Part shown: in pieces, positions 8,623-18,575 of the stretch
Layout: every line of letters begins with the position of its first letter
Numbering within the stretch: the first letter of the stretch is position 1
Assembly (NCBI GenBank): GCA_038231275.1
Contig: JBBRLQ010000003.1
Span: 352,001-416,000, forward strand
Direction: 5' to 3'
DNA length: 64,000 nt
Source: Polyangiales bacterium
GTDB taxonomy: Bacteria; Myxococcota_A; Polyangia; Polyangiales; Polyangiaceae
The notes under the pieces: generated by a model
Databases searched by the model: none
What the model saw: only the letters and a program-made list of their open reading frames with translations
What the model was told of the DNA's origin: nothing
Made by a program: the position numbers and the translations under genes

Positions 8623-11196
8623 ATGCCCGACGACATGCCCCCGGTGATCCAGACCCTCGAGCGCGCGATCGCCGACGCGAGCGGCTCGGTCGATCCCACG
8701 AGCGACGCCGCGGACGAGCACGCGCGCGCGCTGAAAGATCTCGGCGTGCGCGCGCGGAAGCTCGCGGGCGCGTGGGGGAGGCCTCCGTGCCTGGGATTCT
8801 TCGGTCCGTCGCAGGCGGGAAAATCGTTCCTCGTCGGCGCGCTGCTCTCGCACGAGCTCGGCTCGCTCGAGGTGCAGTGTCCGTCGCGCGTGCTCGATTT
8901 TTTGAAGGAGATCAATCCGGCGAAGGGCGTCGAGTCGACAGGCGTGGTCACGCGCTTCTCCACGCAACCGCCGACGGGGCAAAAGGCGCTGACGCACGGC
9001 GACTTTCATTGCCAGCTTCTCTCGCTCGAGCTCGTCCTCGAGTCGCTCGCGACGGGCTTCCTCGTCGAGTGCACGTCACCGGCCGTCGATCCCGAGCGGG
9101 TAGAGAAGTGCCTGCGCGACGCACGTCTCCAGGCCGGCCCCGCGGCCCCCGCCGTCTACCTCGAGGCCTGGGAAAACGTCTGGCACGATCTCAACAAGAA
9201 GTACCAAGACCGCCACCCGTACCTGAACGATCTGCGCCGGCAGCGCGCGATCGTCGACGGCGCGTGGATGAAGGAGGTGAAGACGGCGTCTGGATGGCTC
9301 CTCGTCTTCTCGCTCTTGTGGGGCGGCCCCGGACACGCCGCCGATCTCGACGCGGTGCTTCGTCTCCTCGTTCAAGGTCTCGACGCCGTCGGCCACGCGC
9401 GCACCGTCGAGGTCGGCCTCGAGCACGTGCGCGCCTCCACTGGCGGCGTGAGCGTCATCGACGCGGGGTGTCTCAACTCGCTCGGCTCCGGCAAGACGCC
9501 GGTGCGTGTCTTCGCGCAAGACGGCGCGTCTCCCGGCCGCGAGGTCGCCGTCGAGCCGGGAGTCCTCTCCGCGCTCATCGCCGAGATCCGTTTGCCCCTG
9601 AAGCCCGTCGCCGGGTCGCTCCTCGACAAGGTCGATATCCTGGATTTCCCCGGGGGTCGCGCGCTCAAGGGCATCAACGGCTTCGGCCGCGCCGAGCTGA
9701 ACACGAACAAGCTCGAGAACGCCGTCGAGGTCTACAAGCGCGGCAAGCTCACGTTCCTCTTCGAGCAGTTCTCGCTCGATCGCGAGATCACCGCGCTCTG
9801 CCTCTGCTCGCCAGGCCCGACGAAGCCCGAGGCCGTGCAGCTCCAGTCGCAGGTCGAGAGCTGGATCCAGACGCGCTACGGCGCCCCGTCGCCGACCTCG
9901 CCTCAGGAGGTCGACGATCCGAGCCTTTTCATCGCGCTCACGAAATACGACATGAGCCTCGGCGCGCTCCGCAGCGACAACGCGAAGGATCGCTGGGACT
10001 CGCGCGTGCAGGAAGCGTGCGTCGACTTCTGGGCGAAGAGCGGCAACTCGTGGATCACCAACTGGGGCGCCCGCGGCGCGCCGTTCGCGAACATGTTCTG
10101 GATCCGCAACCCGTACGCCGATCAGATGCAGAGCCTGAAACCCGGCACGCCGGACTACGGGACGATCAAGAACGGCTACATGGAGTCGCGCGCGGTGCAG
10201 CGGCACCTCAAGTCGTTCGCCGACAAGTGGACCGCGGTCGAAGGCGACGACGAGGCCGCGAAGCTCCCGAAGAGCGGCGTGCCCCTCCTCGCGCAGAGCC
10301 TCCGGCGCAAGCTCAGCGAGGACGTGAAGGCCGCCGAGCTTCGCGCCGAAGCGAGGGCCATCCGCGCCGAGCTCCTCACCGTGCTCAAGGCGATGACCCC
10401 GTCGAAGGACGCGGCCGAAGAACGCGCGCGCATCCTGGAGAGCGCGCAGGCGCTGGTCGGCGCGGTCGGCAAGGAGATGAGCCGCAAGTGCAGCGGCGCC
10501 GTCTTCGGCGACTTGTTCCGCGAGATCGTACCGGCCGAGCAGGAGATCGAGCACGAGGTCCGCAAGGCCTACGGAGCCGTCGCGGCGATGTCGATCAAGA
10601 CGAGCGACAAGGTGAAGAAGGTCCTCGTCCACATCCTCAAGTGGTGGGTCGCCGAGGGCGTCGCGCGCGTTCGCCGCAGCCAGCTCCAGATCCCGGCGTC
10701 GCTGGTCGACGTCTTCGTGCGCGAGGTGTGCACGTCGAAGCTCCTCCTGCCGGTGCTCGGTAACGCGATTTACCCCTATTTTTCTCGTAACGTCGTCGAC
10801 ACGAGCATCGTCGCGACGATCATCCAAGTGAAGGTCAGCGACGCGATGCTCGCGCTCTTCTCCGCCGGCGAGCGCCAGACGCCGCAGATCCCCGCGCGCC
10901 TCTCGTACTCCGAGAGCACGGGCACCGGTACCGCAACGTCCGGCGCGCTGGAGACGGGCGCGATCGACTGGAGCAACGTCGACTTCGAGGAGGATCCGAC
11001 CAAGAGCGAGCGCCTCTCGAGCGTCGAGCTGGTGTTCGCGGGGAGCCGTCACTGGCGGCGCTGGAGCGGCGGGCTCGGCGACTTCTATTTGAAGAGCCGC
11101 GGTGGCCAGGCCAAGGTCGCGCCCGACGATCCGCGCGTGCAGCGCCTCGTGGCGGTGCTGCACGAGGTGGAGAAGGTGCATGTCGCGCCCGCATGA
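8623..11196 (+). CDS. Virulence factor SrfC-family protein (P-loop GTPase-like)
   Basis: GFFGPSQAGKSFL, DFLKEINP..ESTGVVTRFS, ILDFPG, RGKLTFLFEQF, LTKYD, NMFWIRNP resemble the SrfC family. Confidence 0.8.
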   Translation: MPDDMPPVIQTLERAIADASGSVDPTSDAADEHARALKDLGVRARKLAGAWGRPPCLGFFGPSQAGKSFLVGALLSHELGSLEVQCPSRVLDFLKEINPAKGVESTGVVTRFSTQPPTGQKALTHGDFHCQLLSLELVLESLATGFLVECTSPAVDPERVEKCLRDARLQAGPAAPAVYLEAWENVWHDLNKKYQDRHPYLNDLRRQRAIVDGAWMKEVKTASGWLLVFSLLWGGPGHAADLDAVLRLLVQGLDAVGHARTVEVGLEHVRASTGGVSVIDAGCLNSLGSGKTPVRVFAQDGASPGREVAVEPGVLSALIAEIRLPLKPVAGSLLDKVDILDFPGGRALKGINGFGRAELNTNKLENAVEVYKRGKLTFLFEQFSLDREITALCLCSPGPTKPEAVQLQSQVESWIQTRYGAPSPTSPQEVDDPSLFIALTKYDMSLGALRSDNAKDRWDSRVQEACVDFWAKSGNSWITNWGARGAPFANMFWIRNPYADQMQSLKPGTPDYGTIKNGYMESRAVQRHLKSFADKWTAVEGDDEAAKLPKSGVPLLAQSLRRKLSEDVKAAELRAEARAIRAELLTVLKAMTPSKDAAEERARILESAQALVGAVGKEMSRKCSGAVFGDLFREIVPAEQEIEHEVRKAYGAVAAMSIKTSDKVKKVLVHILKWWVAEGVARVRRSQLQIPASLVDVFVREVCTSKLLLPVLGNAIYPYFSRNVVDTSIVATIIQVKVSDAMLALFSAGERQTPQIPARLSYSESTGTGTATSGALETGAIDWSNVDFEEDPTKSERLSSVELVFAGSRHWRRWSGGLGDFYLKSRGGQAKVAPDDPRVQRLVAVLHEVEKVHVAPA

Positions 11197-12295
11197 GGAC
11201 GCGGCGACCCCTTCCGCCGACGCGGAGGGCCTGCCGTCGATCGACGAGCTCGCGGCGGCCGGCGACACCGAGAAGCTCCTCGAGCTCGCGAAGGGCTACC
11301 GCACCACGCGCGATCTGAAGGCGTGCCTCGCGTGCTACGAGGCGGCGGCGAAGCTGGGGAGCGCGGAGGCCGAGCACGCGGTGGGGCTCTTCCTCCTCTC
11401 GGGCGGCGTCGTGCCGAAGGACGAAAAACAGGCGGCATCCCTCTTCCGAAGCGCCGCCGACAAAGGGCACCTCCCTTCGCGCGTCTACGTCGCGAACCTC
11501 TACGAGCTGGGCCTGCACTACAAGCAAGACGCCGCGAAAGCCGACGTCTGGTACAGGAACGCCGCCCGCACCGCGCAGATCACCGAGGAGCCGGACAGCT
11601 ACGGCTACGCGTACGAGATGGCCGAGCTCGGCTGCGTCCGCTACTGCCTCAAGGTCATCGCCGATCCAGAGACGACCGACGACGATCGCGTGCATTTTGC
11701 ACGCAAAGCGAAGGCCTACGGATACCGCGAAAAAGGGCGGGAAACGGCGCCGCCGCCCGAGCCAGTCGCCACACTCGACGACACGATCACCAAGCCCGAG
11801 CGCCCCCCGCAAGCGAAGCCGAGCACGCCGCCCGCGGCCGACGAAAAAGAGACGGCGCCGAAAAAAGAGAAGACGAAGAGCGCGGCCTCCTCGTCGCTCA
11901 CGATCGGCGCGGGGCTCGTCGCGTTCCTATGGGCAACGCTGCTCGTGGGCGCGGCGGTCGGCGCCGGGTATCTCGGCCTCGAAGGCGTGCGCCTCCTCGT
12001 CGCCAAGTACGGTCCGATCCTCGGCGCGCACGAAGAGCGCATCGTCCTCGGCGTCGCGGCGGGGCTCGCCGTGCTTGGGGCGCTCATGGTCTACACCTTC
12101 AAGAGCGTCTTCCAGGCGACCCTCGCCGCCGCGCTCTTCGCGGGGCTCGGGTGGTTCGTCTGGCGCGCCCCCAACCTCCACCTTTTTCACCTCCAGATCG
12201 CCCAGGCCATCGCCTTCGGGATCGCGGGATTTCTCGCGGCGTTGCTCCTCAAAGGCCTCGGCGGGGGCGCGAAACGACGGAACGATCGTCGGTAG
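11180..12295 (+). CDS. SEL1-repeat protein with C-terminal membrane domain
   Basis: AAKLGSAEAEHAVGLFLLSGGVVPKDEKQAASLFRSAADKGH SEL1 repeats; Pro/Lys linker; about 4 TM helices; overlaps the SrfC stop. Confidence 0.85.
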   Translation: MSRPHEDAATPSADAEGLPSIDELAAAGDTEKLLELAKGYRTTRDLKACLACYEAAAKLGSAEAEHAVGLFLLSGGVVPKDEKQAASLFRSAADKGHLPSRVYVANLYELGLHYKQDAAKADVWYRNAARTAQITEEPDSYGYAYEMAELGCVRYCLKVIADPETTDDDRVHFARKAKAYGYREKGRETAPPPEPVATLDDTITKPERPPQAKPSTPPAADEKETAPKKEKTKSAASSSLTIGAGLVAFLWATLLVGAAVGAGYLGLEGVRLLVAKYGPILGAHEERIVLGVAAGLAVLGALMVYTFKSVFQATLAAALFAGLGWFVWRAPNLHLFHLQIAQAIAFGIAGFLAALLLKGLGGGAKRRNDRR

Positions 12296-12334
12296 ATCGC
12301 ACTTTTTCCAAATCCGCGCGAAGATGGACGCCGG

Positions 12335-14083
12335 ATGCAGTCGCAGGACTTCTATAAGCTCGGTCGGCCGGTCCAGGACCGCCTGATTGGCTGCATTAAC
12401 GGGAGCGGGCTCCCTCCGCCGATCCTCGCGTCGCGCGGCGGGCCGCTGGAGCCGTTCGTCTGGCTCCTCGGGGCGGGGGGCATGGCGGTCCTCTTGATCG
12501 TGCTCTACCGAATCGGCCTCGGCGCGCTCGACAGCGCGATGGCGATTCAAGGCGGCGCGCTCGTCGGCGCGTATTTCGTCCTCGTCGGCGCGATGACGTT
12601 CGCGCTCGTGCGCGCGGCCGCCCTCTTCGCGGACATTCGCAGCCTGCCGTTCAAGCCGGGCGTCTACCTCTTCCCGATCGGCGTCATCGACGCGCGGCGC
12701 TTCGTCCTCAAGATCTACTCGATCGACGAGGTCGTCTCGAGCGCGGGCCCGTCGCCGTCGAACGGATTTCGCATCACCGTGAAGGGCGGCGCGTCGTTCG
12801 ACTTCACCGCCAAGAACGCGGAGGTCGCTGCCAAGGCGGCGGAGGCGATCAAGAGCGCGCGCGGTCAGCTCGACGCGGCGGAGCAGGCCTCCCACAGCAT
12901 GCGCCCGCAGGCCCTCGCCGCGCTCGATCCGCTCCAGGGCTTCGTGAATCCGCTCGCGCCGACGACGTCGATCGAGCGCACCGTGCCGCCGTGGGCGAAG
13001 TTCGCGTGGGCGATCGCCCCGGCCGTGGGGCTGGTCCTCGGCGTGTGCATCTGGCTCGTCCGGAACGTGGTGAGCGACGATCGCATGTTCGCGCGCGCGA
13101 CCGCCGAAGGGGACGCGCCGAGCCTTCGCGCGTACATGGCCCGCGGCTCGCGCCACAAGGGTGAGATCGAGGTCGTGCTCCTGCCGCGCGCCGAGCTGAA
13201 GGAGGCGCAGCAGAAGGGCACCGTCGACGCCCTCGAGGACTACATCAAGGCGCACCCCAAGACCGGGATCGCGCCGGAGATCGACAAGGCCCTCAAGAAG
13301 GCGATGGGCGACGAGCTCGACGACGCCAAGCGCGCCGGCACCGTGAGCGCGCTCAAGGATTTCACCAAGCGCCACCCCACCCACGGCCTCGACGCCGACG
13401 TGAAGGCGGCCGTCCACGCGGTCTACGTCGCTGCGCTCGACAACTACAAGAAGAACGAAGCCCCCAAGGACGTGACGCCGGCGACCCTCGCCTTCATGGA
13501 GCGCCTCCTCGGGTGGGCCGAGGTGAAAGGCCCCAAGATCGAGGTGCGCTTCCACCGGCGCGGCAACTCGCTCGACAAGGCGGACACGCTCATCGGCAAG
13601 AACAAGTACTTCATGGGCGTCGTGTCGTTCGCCACCAAGTACGAGGACGCGCAGCACATGAAGCCGCGCGAGGACGAGCTCGGCGCCACCATCGTCGCGC
13701 GCTTCAACCAGGCGTTCCCCAAGGACGTGGCGGAGATGAGCGTGGGCGAGACGCTCGGCGATCCCGAAGCGCCGCTGCCCCCGGTCACAGTCCCGACCAT
13801 GTTCATCGACTACGTCGCGGAGTGGGACGGCGGCCTCAAGACCAGCGACAAGCCGCGCGGGGTCTTCGCGGGTGTCGGCTACTCGCTCGACGCGTCCTTC
13901 CGAATGCCCGACGACTCGGTGAAACCGCTGCGGATCAAGCCTGGGATCATCTGGCGCGGTCCCAGGTTCGAGGGGATGGACGCGATCGAAAAGCCGGAAG
14001 AAAAGATCTACGCGGACATGGCGGCCGGCGCGTTCGAGCAGTTCGGCAAGAAGGTCCTCGCCACCCTCTTCACGACGAGGTAG
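12335..14083 (+). CDS. Hypothetical membrane protein with short helical repeats
   Basis: Three TM segments; repeats AQQKGTVDALEDYIKAHP / AKRAGTVSALKDFTKRHP; coding-like composition. Confidence 0.8.
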   Translation: MQSQDFYKLGRPVQDRLIGCINGSGLPPPILASRGGPLEPFVWLLGAGGMAVLLIVLYRIGLGALDSAMAIQGGALVGAYFVLVGAMTFALVRAAALFADIRSLPFKPGVYLFPIGVIDARRFVLKIYSIDEVVSSAGPSPSNGFRITVKGGASFDFTAKNAEVAAKAAEAIKSARGQLDAAEQASHSMRPQALAALDPLQGFVNPLAPTTSIERTVPPWAKFAWAIAPAVGLVLGVCIWLVRNVVSDDRMFARATAEGDAPSLRAYMARGSRHKGEIEVVLLPRAELKEAQQKGTVDALEDYIKAHPKTGIAPEIDKALKKAMGDELDDAKRAGTVSALKDFTKRHPTHGLDADVKAAVHAVYVAALDNYKKNEAPKDVTPATLAFMERLLGWAEVKGPKIEVRFHRRGNSLDKADTLIGKNKYFMGVVSFATKYEDAQHMKPREDELGATIVARFNQAFPKDVAEMSVGETLGDPEAPLPPVTVPTMFIDYVAEWDGGLKTSDKPRGVFAGVGYSLDASFRMPDDSVKPLRIKPGIIWRGPRFEGMDAIEKPEEKIYADMAAGAFEQFGKKVLATLFTTR

Positions 14084-14174
14084 CGCGGGCCCGCCCTCGA
14101 GAGGCGTGTAAAGGCGGTGCGATCCATCGCCGAACTCTGCCAGGCCGCGATTTTTGGCGTACGATCGGCGTGGG

Positions 14175-17100
14175 ATGGATGAGCTTCTCCCCGTGCTCGT
14201 CACGCATCTAGAAGACGCGCGCGCGAAGATTTACCTCACGACCGTCGCGCTCGACAACGAGGTCGCGATTCTTCCATTGGTCGACGCGCCGATCGACTCG
14301 ACGCGGCACGTGCTCGAGATCCACGCGGGCTCCGGCGATCCGCTCGTCCTGATCGCCGAGCCGCAGGGACCGGGCTCGGCAGACGGCTTCTTCCCGCTCC
14401 GCCTCAGCCCCCTCGACGAAGATCAAGCGGCGGTGCTCTACGCGTCGCTGCCGCCGGTCGAGAAGCGGCCGAGCATCCCCGACGAGGAAGAAGACGCGCC
14501 GACGCTCCTCAGGCCGCCCACCAACACGCAGAAGTTCAGCTCGCAGCTCTCGCCGGAGCATCGCGCCGCGCTCGGAGGTCCGCCCGATCCGACGGGCGCA
14601 AAGGCGCCGGAGATCGACAAGCTCCTCGGCGCGTCGATCGGCGGCGGCAAATTCCTCATCCAAGAGCTGCTCGGCGCAGGCGGCGCCGGCAAGGTCTACA
14701 AAGCGCGTCACCGCGAGCTGCGAAAGCCGATCGCCGTGAAGGTGCTGCACGCGTTCTACCAGCGCGATCTCGACTTCTGCGCGCGGTTTTACGGAGAGGC
14801 GCTGGCCGCCAGCAAGCTCGACCACCCGAACGTGCTGCGCATCGTCGACTTCGGGCAGGAGCCCGACGGCATGCTCTACATCGCGATGGAGTATCTGGAG
14901 GGAAAGAACCTCCAGCAGCTCGTCGACCAGGAGGGGCCGCAGCCGCTCGAGAGGATCGTCAACGTCATGATGCAGGTGTGCGCCGGCCTCTCGGTCGCGC
15001 ACGACAAGGGCATCGTGCACCGCGACATCAAGCCCGAGAACATCGTCCTCGTCGCGGGCGTCGACGACGACGGCAACGCGGCCGAGGTCGTCAAGGTGTG
15101 CGACTTCGGCATCGCGCAGCTCCGCACCCCCGACGACACGGGCATGACGGCCGCCGCGCAGAAGCAGATCGCGGGAACCCCGGAGTACATGTCGCCCGAG
15201 CAGTGCCGCGGCGAAGAGCTGGACGCGCGCTCGGATCTCTACGCGTGCGGCGTCACGATGTACGAGCTCGCGACCGGCAAGGTGCCGTTCACCGGCAAGA
15301 CGCCGATGGCCGTCATCACCAAGCACCTCGAGGAGCAGCCGATGCCGCCCTCGAGCTTCAAGCCGGACATCGACCCTCTCTTCGAGCAGATGATCATGCG
15401 CTCGATCCAGAAGGATCGGCGGGCGCGTCAGGAGAACGCGCGCGAGCTTCGGAACGAGCTCCGGGAGCTGCTCGAGCCGGTGCTCCAGGAGCAGCCGCCG
15501 TCGGCGGAACCGCCGCCTTCCATGTCGCGGCGCGAGACGCGGGAGGCCTCGGAGCTTCCGTCGCTCGAGTCCGAAACCGCGCATTTCCAGGAGTTCTTCG
15601 TCTCTCTGACCGGCGCCGTCTCGCGCACGACGTACTACGAGCGCGGGCACAAGGAGGCGGTGCACGCGATGGACCGGCTCGTCACGGCGGCCGAGGCGGT
15701 GCTCCAGTACCGTGGCGAGATCTCGTTTGCGCGGCGCGACGTCGGCGACACGATCGTGTTCAGCGTCTTGACGGGAATCGGGGAGGTGTACGAGCTGCGG
15801 AAGCTCATTAGCGGCACGATCTTCTCGATGTTCGGCCCGAAGTTCGGGGAAGTGTTCCAGCGCCGTAGCCTGGTGGCGCTCACCATCGAGGATGGGATCG
15901 ATCACGACCAGCTCTCCACGATGGTCGATCTCTTGAGCGGACCGGAGATCAGCGCCGACGAGCTGCGCAACCAGTTCATCGGAAAGGGGCTCACCCGCGC
16001 GAAGCTGCTCTTCGCGTCGGACCTCCTCGGCCGTGAGCGCCGGCTGCCCTGGCAGGTGGACCTGTGCATCTCGCGCCTCGCGCGCGATTTGAGGGCGCTC
16101 CCGCTGCTCCGGGGCGTCGATCACGACGGAATGCTCGCGCTCCGTATGCATCTCATCGCCGACGTCGTCCGCGCAGTGCCGCGCCCCGACCAGATCCGCA
16201 TCCTCCTCGAGAACGCCGACCTGATCGCCGAAGAGGTTCGTCACATCCCGGAGCTGGCGCGGCTCGACACGTTGCGGAGCCTCGTCGACGCGCTGCCACT
16301 CGGGCGCGTGGCGCAGGTCGGTCAGACGATCCTCGTCGACTGGAAGGCGGCGAAGGTCGAGGAGCGGACGAAGAAGGTGACCGCCGAGATCTCGCTCCGC
16401 TTCGCGCGCGATCGCAGCCCCGACGGCGACGACGTGCTGCGCGGCCTGCACACCCACGGTATCCTCCCCATCGAGAACCTGCCCGAAGATTTGCAGCAAT
16501 GGGTGCACGCGGAGCGGATGGCCGATCTCCTCATCCAGAGGCCCGAGACCGTGCTCCGGCCCCTCGATGGCCAGATGGACCCAGCGCGGTTCCAGCAGCA
16601 CATACTGATGCTCGAGCGCGCGATGCGGACGCTCGCGCAGCGCGGTGAGGCGTTGGCGCTCTCGGTGCCGCTGTCGTGGATCCGCAAGGTGCAAGGCGCT
16701 CGTGGCGAGATCGCGCGCGGCGCCCTGCGTTCATTGGAGGACCCGGCGGTCCTCGAGCCTGTGGGTCGCACGCTCTTCGTGGGCGTGGGCGACGCGCGAG
16801 ACGCCGCGCACGCCGTCCTGGTGCTCACGGGATCGGCGGGCGCGCGCGCGCTCTTCATGGCGCGCTGCAAAGAGACGGTCGACGCCGGCGCACGCGTTCG
16901 CTTCGTCGCGACGATGAAGCGCATCGGCAGCCCCGCGTGGCCCGTCTTGACCGCCGCGCTCGAGTACGTGCAGCCATCGCACGACGGCCACGTCGACGCC
17001 GCGCTGGCGGAGGACGTGCTGCGCGCGCTCCCGGAGGTGCAGGACGAACAAATCGGCGCGCTGGTCGCGCGTCTCATGCGGCACGGTGGACCGCCCGTCT

Positions 17101-17570
17101 GCCGCGCCGCCGCGACCGCGCTGGCGTCGCTCTGGGGTCAGCGTTCGAAACCCCTCCTCGTCGCCGTGCTCGACAACGAGGACGAGGGAGTGCGCATCGC
17201 GGCGCTCGCGGCGCTGCGCAAAGTCGGCGGCGTCGATGACAACGTGGTGGTCCGCATCGAGAAGATGCTCGGAAAGGGCAGCACGGACCTTCGAGCGGCG
17301 GCCGCAGCGGCGCTGGCGGACACACTCCCCCACGCCCGCGCGCGCGCCTTCGCGATCGTTCGTCAGGCGCTCTTGCCGCAAGCCAAAGGGGTGCTCGCGC
17401 GAATTCGCGGTCCAGGCGCCCCGACCGACGACGCGCTCGTGGTCCTCGCGCTGGGCCGCGCCGTCCTCGCGCTCGGCACGCCGGACGCCCGCGAGATCCT
17501 CCAGGCGCGCGCGGTCCAAGCCGACGAGCCGCTACGTGCCCAGCTCCTGGATCTTCTCCCGCGTCGCTGA
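14175..17570 (+). CDS. Ser/Thr protein kinase with C-terminal helical/HEAT-repeat region
   Basis: LGAGGAGKVY, AVKVL, HRDIKPEN, DFG, GTPEYMSPE; HEAT-like VRIAALAALRK at the C-terminus. Confidence 0.93.
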   Translation: MDELLPVLVTHLEDARAKIYLTTVALDNEVAILPLVDAPIDSTRHVLEIHAGSGDPLVLIAEPQGPGSADGFFPLRLSPLDEDQAAVLYASLPPVEKRPSIPDEEEDAPTLLRPPTNTQKFSSQLSPEHRAALGGPPDPTGAKAPEIDKLLGASIGGGKFLIQELLGAGGAGKVYKARHRELRKPIAVKVLHAFYQRDLDFCARFYGEALAASKLDHPNVLRIVDFGQEPDGMLYIAMEYLEGKNLQQLVDQEGPQPLERIVNVMMQVCAGLSVAHDKGIVHRDIKPENIVLVAGVDDDGNAAEVVKVCDFGIAQLRTPDDTGMTAAAQKQIAGTPEYMSPEQCRGEELDARSDLYACGVTMYELATGKVPFTGKTPMAVITKHLEEQPMPPSSFKPDIDPLFEQMIMRSIQKDRRARQENARELRNELRELLEPVLQEQPPSAEPPPSMSRRETREASELPSLESETAHFQEFFVSLTGAVSRTTYYERGHKEAVHAMDRLVTAAEAVLQYRGEISFARRDVGDTIVFSVLTGIGEVYELRKLISGTIFSMFGPKFGEVFQRRSLVALTIEDGIDHDQLSTMVDLLSGPEISADELRNQFIGKGLTRAKLLFASDLLGRERRLPWQVDLCISRLARDLRALPLLRGVDHDGMLALRMHLIADVVRAVPRPDQIRILLENADLIAEEVRHIPELARLDTLRSLVDALPLGRVAQVGQTILVDWKAAKVEERTKKVTAEISLRFARDRSPDGDDVLRGLHTHGILPIENLPEDLQQWVHAERMADLLIQRPETVLRPLDGQMDPARFQQHILMLERAMRTLAQRGEALALSVPLSWIRKVQGARGEIARGALRSLEDPAVLEPVGRTLFVGVGDARDAAHAVLVLTGSAGARALFMARCKETVDAGARVRFVATMKRIGSPAWPVLTAALEYVQPSHDGHVDAALAEDVLRALPEVQDEQIGALVARLMRHGGPPVCRAAATALASLWGQRSKPLLVAVLDNEDEGVRIAALAALRKVGGVDDNVVVRIEKMLGKGSTDLRAAAAAALADTLPHARARAFAIVRQALLPQAKGVLARIRGPGAPTDDALVVLALGRAVLALGTPDAREILQARAVQADEPLRAQLLDLLPRR

Positions 17571-17590
17571 CCGAGCGTCCGCTCGCGTGG

Positions 17591-18481
17591 TCAATTGTTG
17601 GCGTGACAGAGCTTGGCGTCCTTGGCCTCGGTCAGCTTGCACTTCGCGTTCTGCGGGCAGTCCGTGTCGACCTTGCATGACCGGTAGCAGAGCTTCCCCG
17701 TCTTTGGCGCGGTCGTGAACAAGGGAGGGCATTTCCCGTCGCCGCGGTGCGGTATGCCGAAGAGGCTCGGGATCTTGCGCTTGCCGTCACTGATCGGCGC
17801 GCCCGCATCGGTACAAACGGTCGTGTACTGCGTCGCGATCCCCATGGCGCCCGAGGGCTCGAGCAGGATCGCGGCTTCGCACACCGCCGCGCTCTTCTGG
17901 CATTCGAGATCGTCTTTGCAGATGTAGGCGCAGTGGGGATCGCGATGGGCGAGGTCCTGCACGACGAGCAACTCCAGCTTGTCGACGGAGCAGTAAGGGA
18001 TCTTGCCGGAGTCCCCGCCGCCGTCGAGCATGGCCGTCGCCATTTGGTCGTCGAAGACGAACCGCGGCATCCACCCCATCAGCGTTCGCGCGGGAGGGTA
18101 CGGGGCCTCGAAGGTCACCCGATAGAATCCGTTGCGCTCCGCGAGCGCGGTGACCGCGTAGCCCGACTTGAGCGCCGTGGTCACGACGCCTTTGGGGTAC
18201 GAGCGGTACGCGTTTGCGAACGGAGTCTTCACCGTCAAGGCGAGGTGGTCGACCGCCGTCTCGTCTTCGTAGCGCGTGACCTCGAGCTCGTTGGCGGCCT
18301 CCGGGCCGGCGGCGTCGGGCTCGGCGTCGAGCGCCCCCGCGTCCCTCACGGCTCCTCCAGCGTCCATCGCCACGACAGGCTTCTTGTCGTCGCACCCACC
18401 GACCGATGCCAGCGTCGCGTACGGCGCGACCAGGACACACGCGGCGATCATGCGCGCCGCCAGCCGTCCTTCTCTCGTCAT
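17591..18481 (-). CDS. Lipoprotein with SH3-like segment and Cys-rich C-terminus
   Basis: Lipobox VGGC; ALKSGYAVTALAERNGFYRVTF...GWMP; multiple Cys. Confidence 0.75.
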   Translation of the reverse strand: MTREGRLAARMIAACVLVAPYATLASVGGCDDKKPVVAMDAGGAVRDAGALDAEPDAAGPEAANELEVTRYEDETAVDHLALTVKTPFANAYRSYPKGVVTTALKSGYAVTALAERNGFYRVTFEAPYPPARTLMGWMPRFVFDDQMATAMLDGGGDSGKIPYCSVDKLELLVVQDLAHRDPHCAYICKDDLECQKSAAVCEAAILLEPSGAMGIATQYTTVCTDAGAPISDGKRKIPSLFGIPHRGDGKCPPLFTTAPKTGKLCYRSCKVDTDCPQNAKCKLTEAKDAKLCHANN

Positions 18482-18514
18482 GGGCCTGAGTCTAGAGCAA
18501 CCGTGAGACCCCAC

Positions 18515-18553
18515 AAAAAAACATCGGGCGGAAGGGATGTCCCTTCCGCCCGA
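18515..18553 (-). terminator. Intrinsic terminator after the di-heme oxidoreductase gene
   Basis: Perfect inverted repeat TCGGGCGGAAGGGA/TCCCTTCCGCCCGA followed by a T-run on the minus strand. Confidence 0.8.
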
Positions 18554-18575
18554 CGAACCGACTCTTTCGTTCCGA

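Noticed and set aside
9076-16694. Long minus-strand ORFs (730, 758 and 828 aa)
   Set aside because: Antisense to well-supported genes; expected from stop-codon scarcity at high GC
18496-18511. GGGTCTCACGGTTGCT as a sigma54 promoter
   Set aside because: Poor -24 match; TAGACT 7 nt before the ATG explains the promoter better
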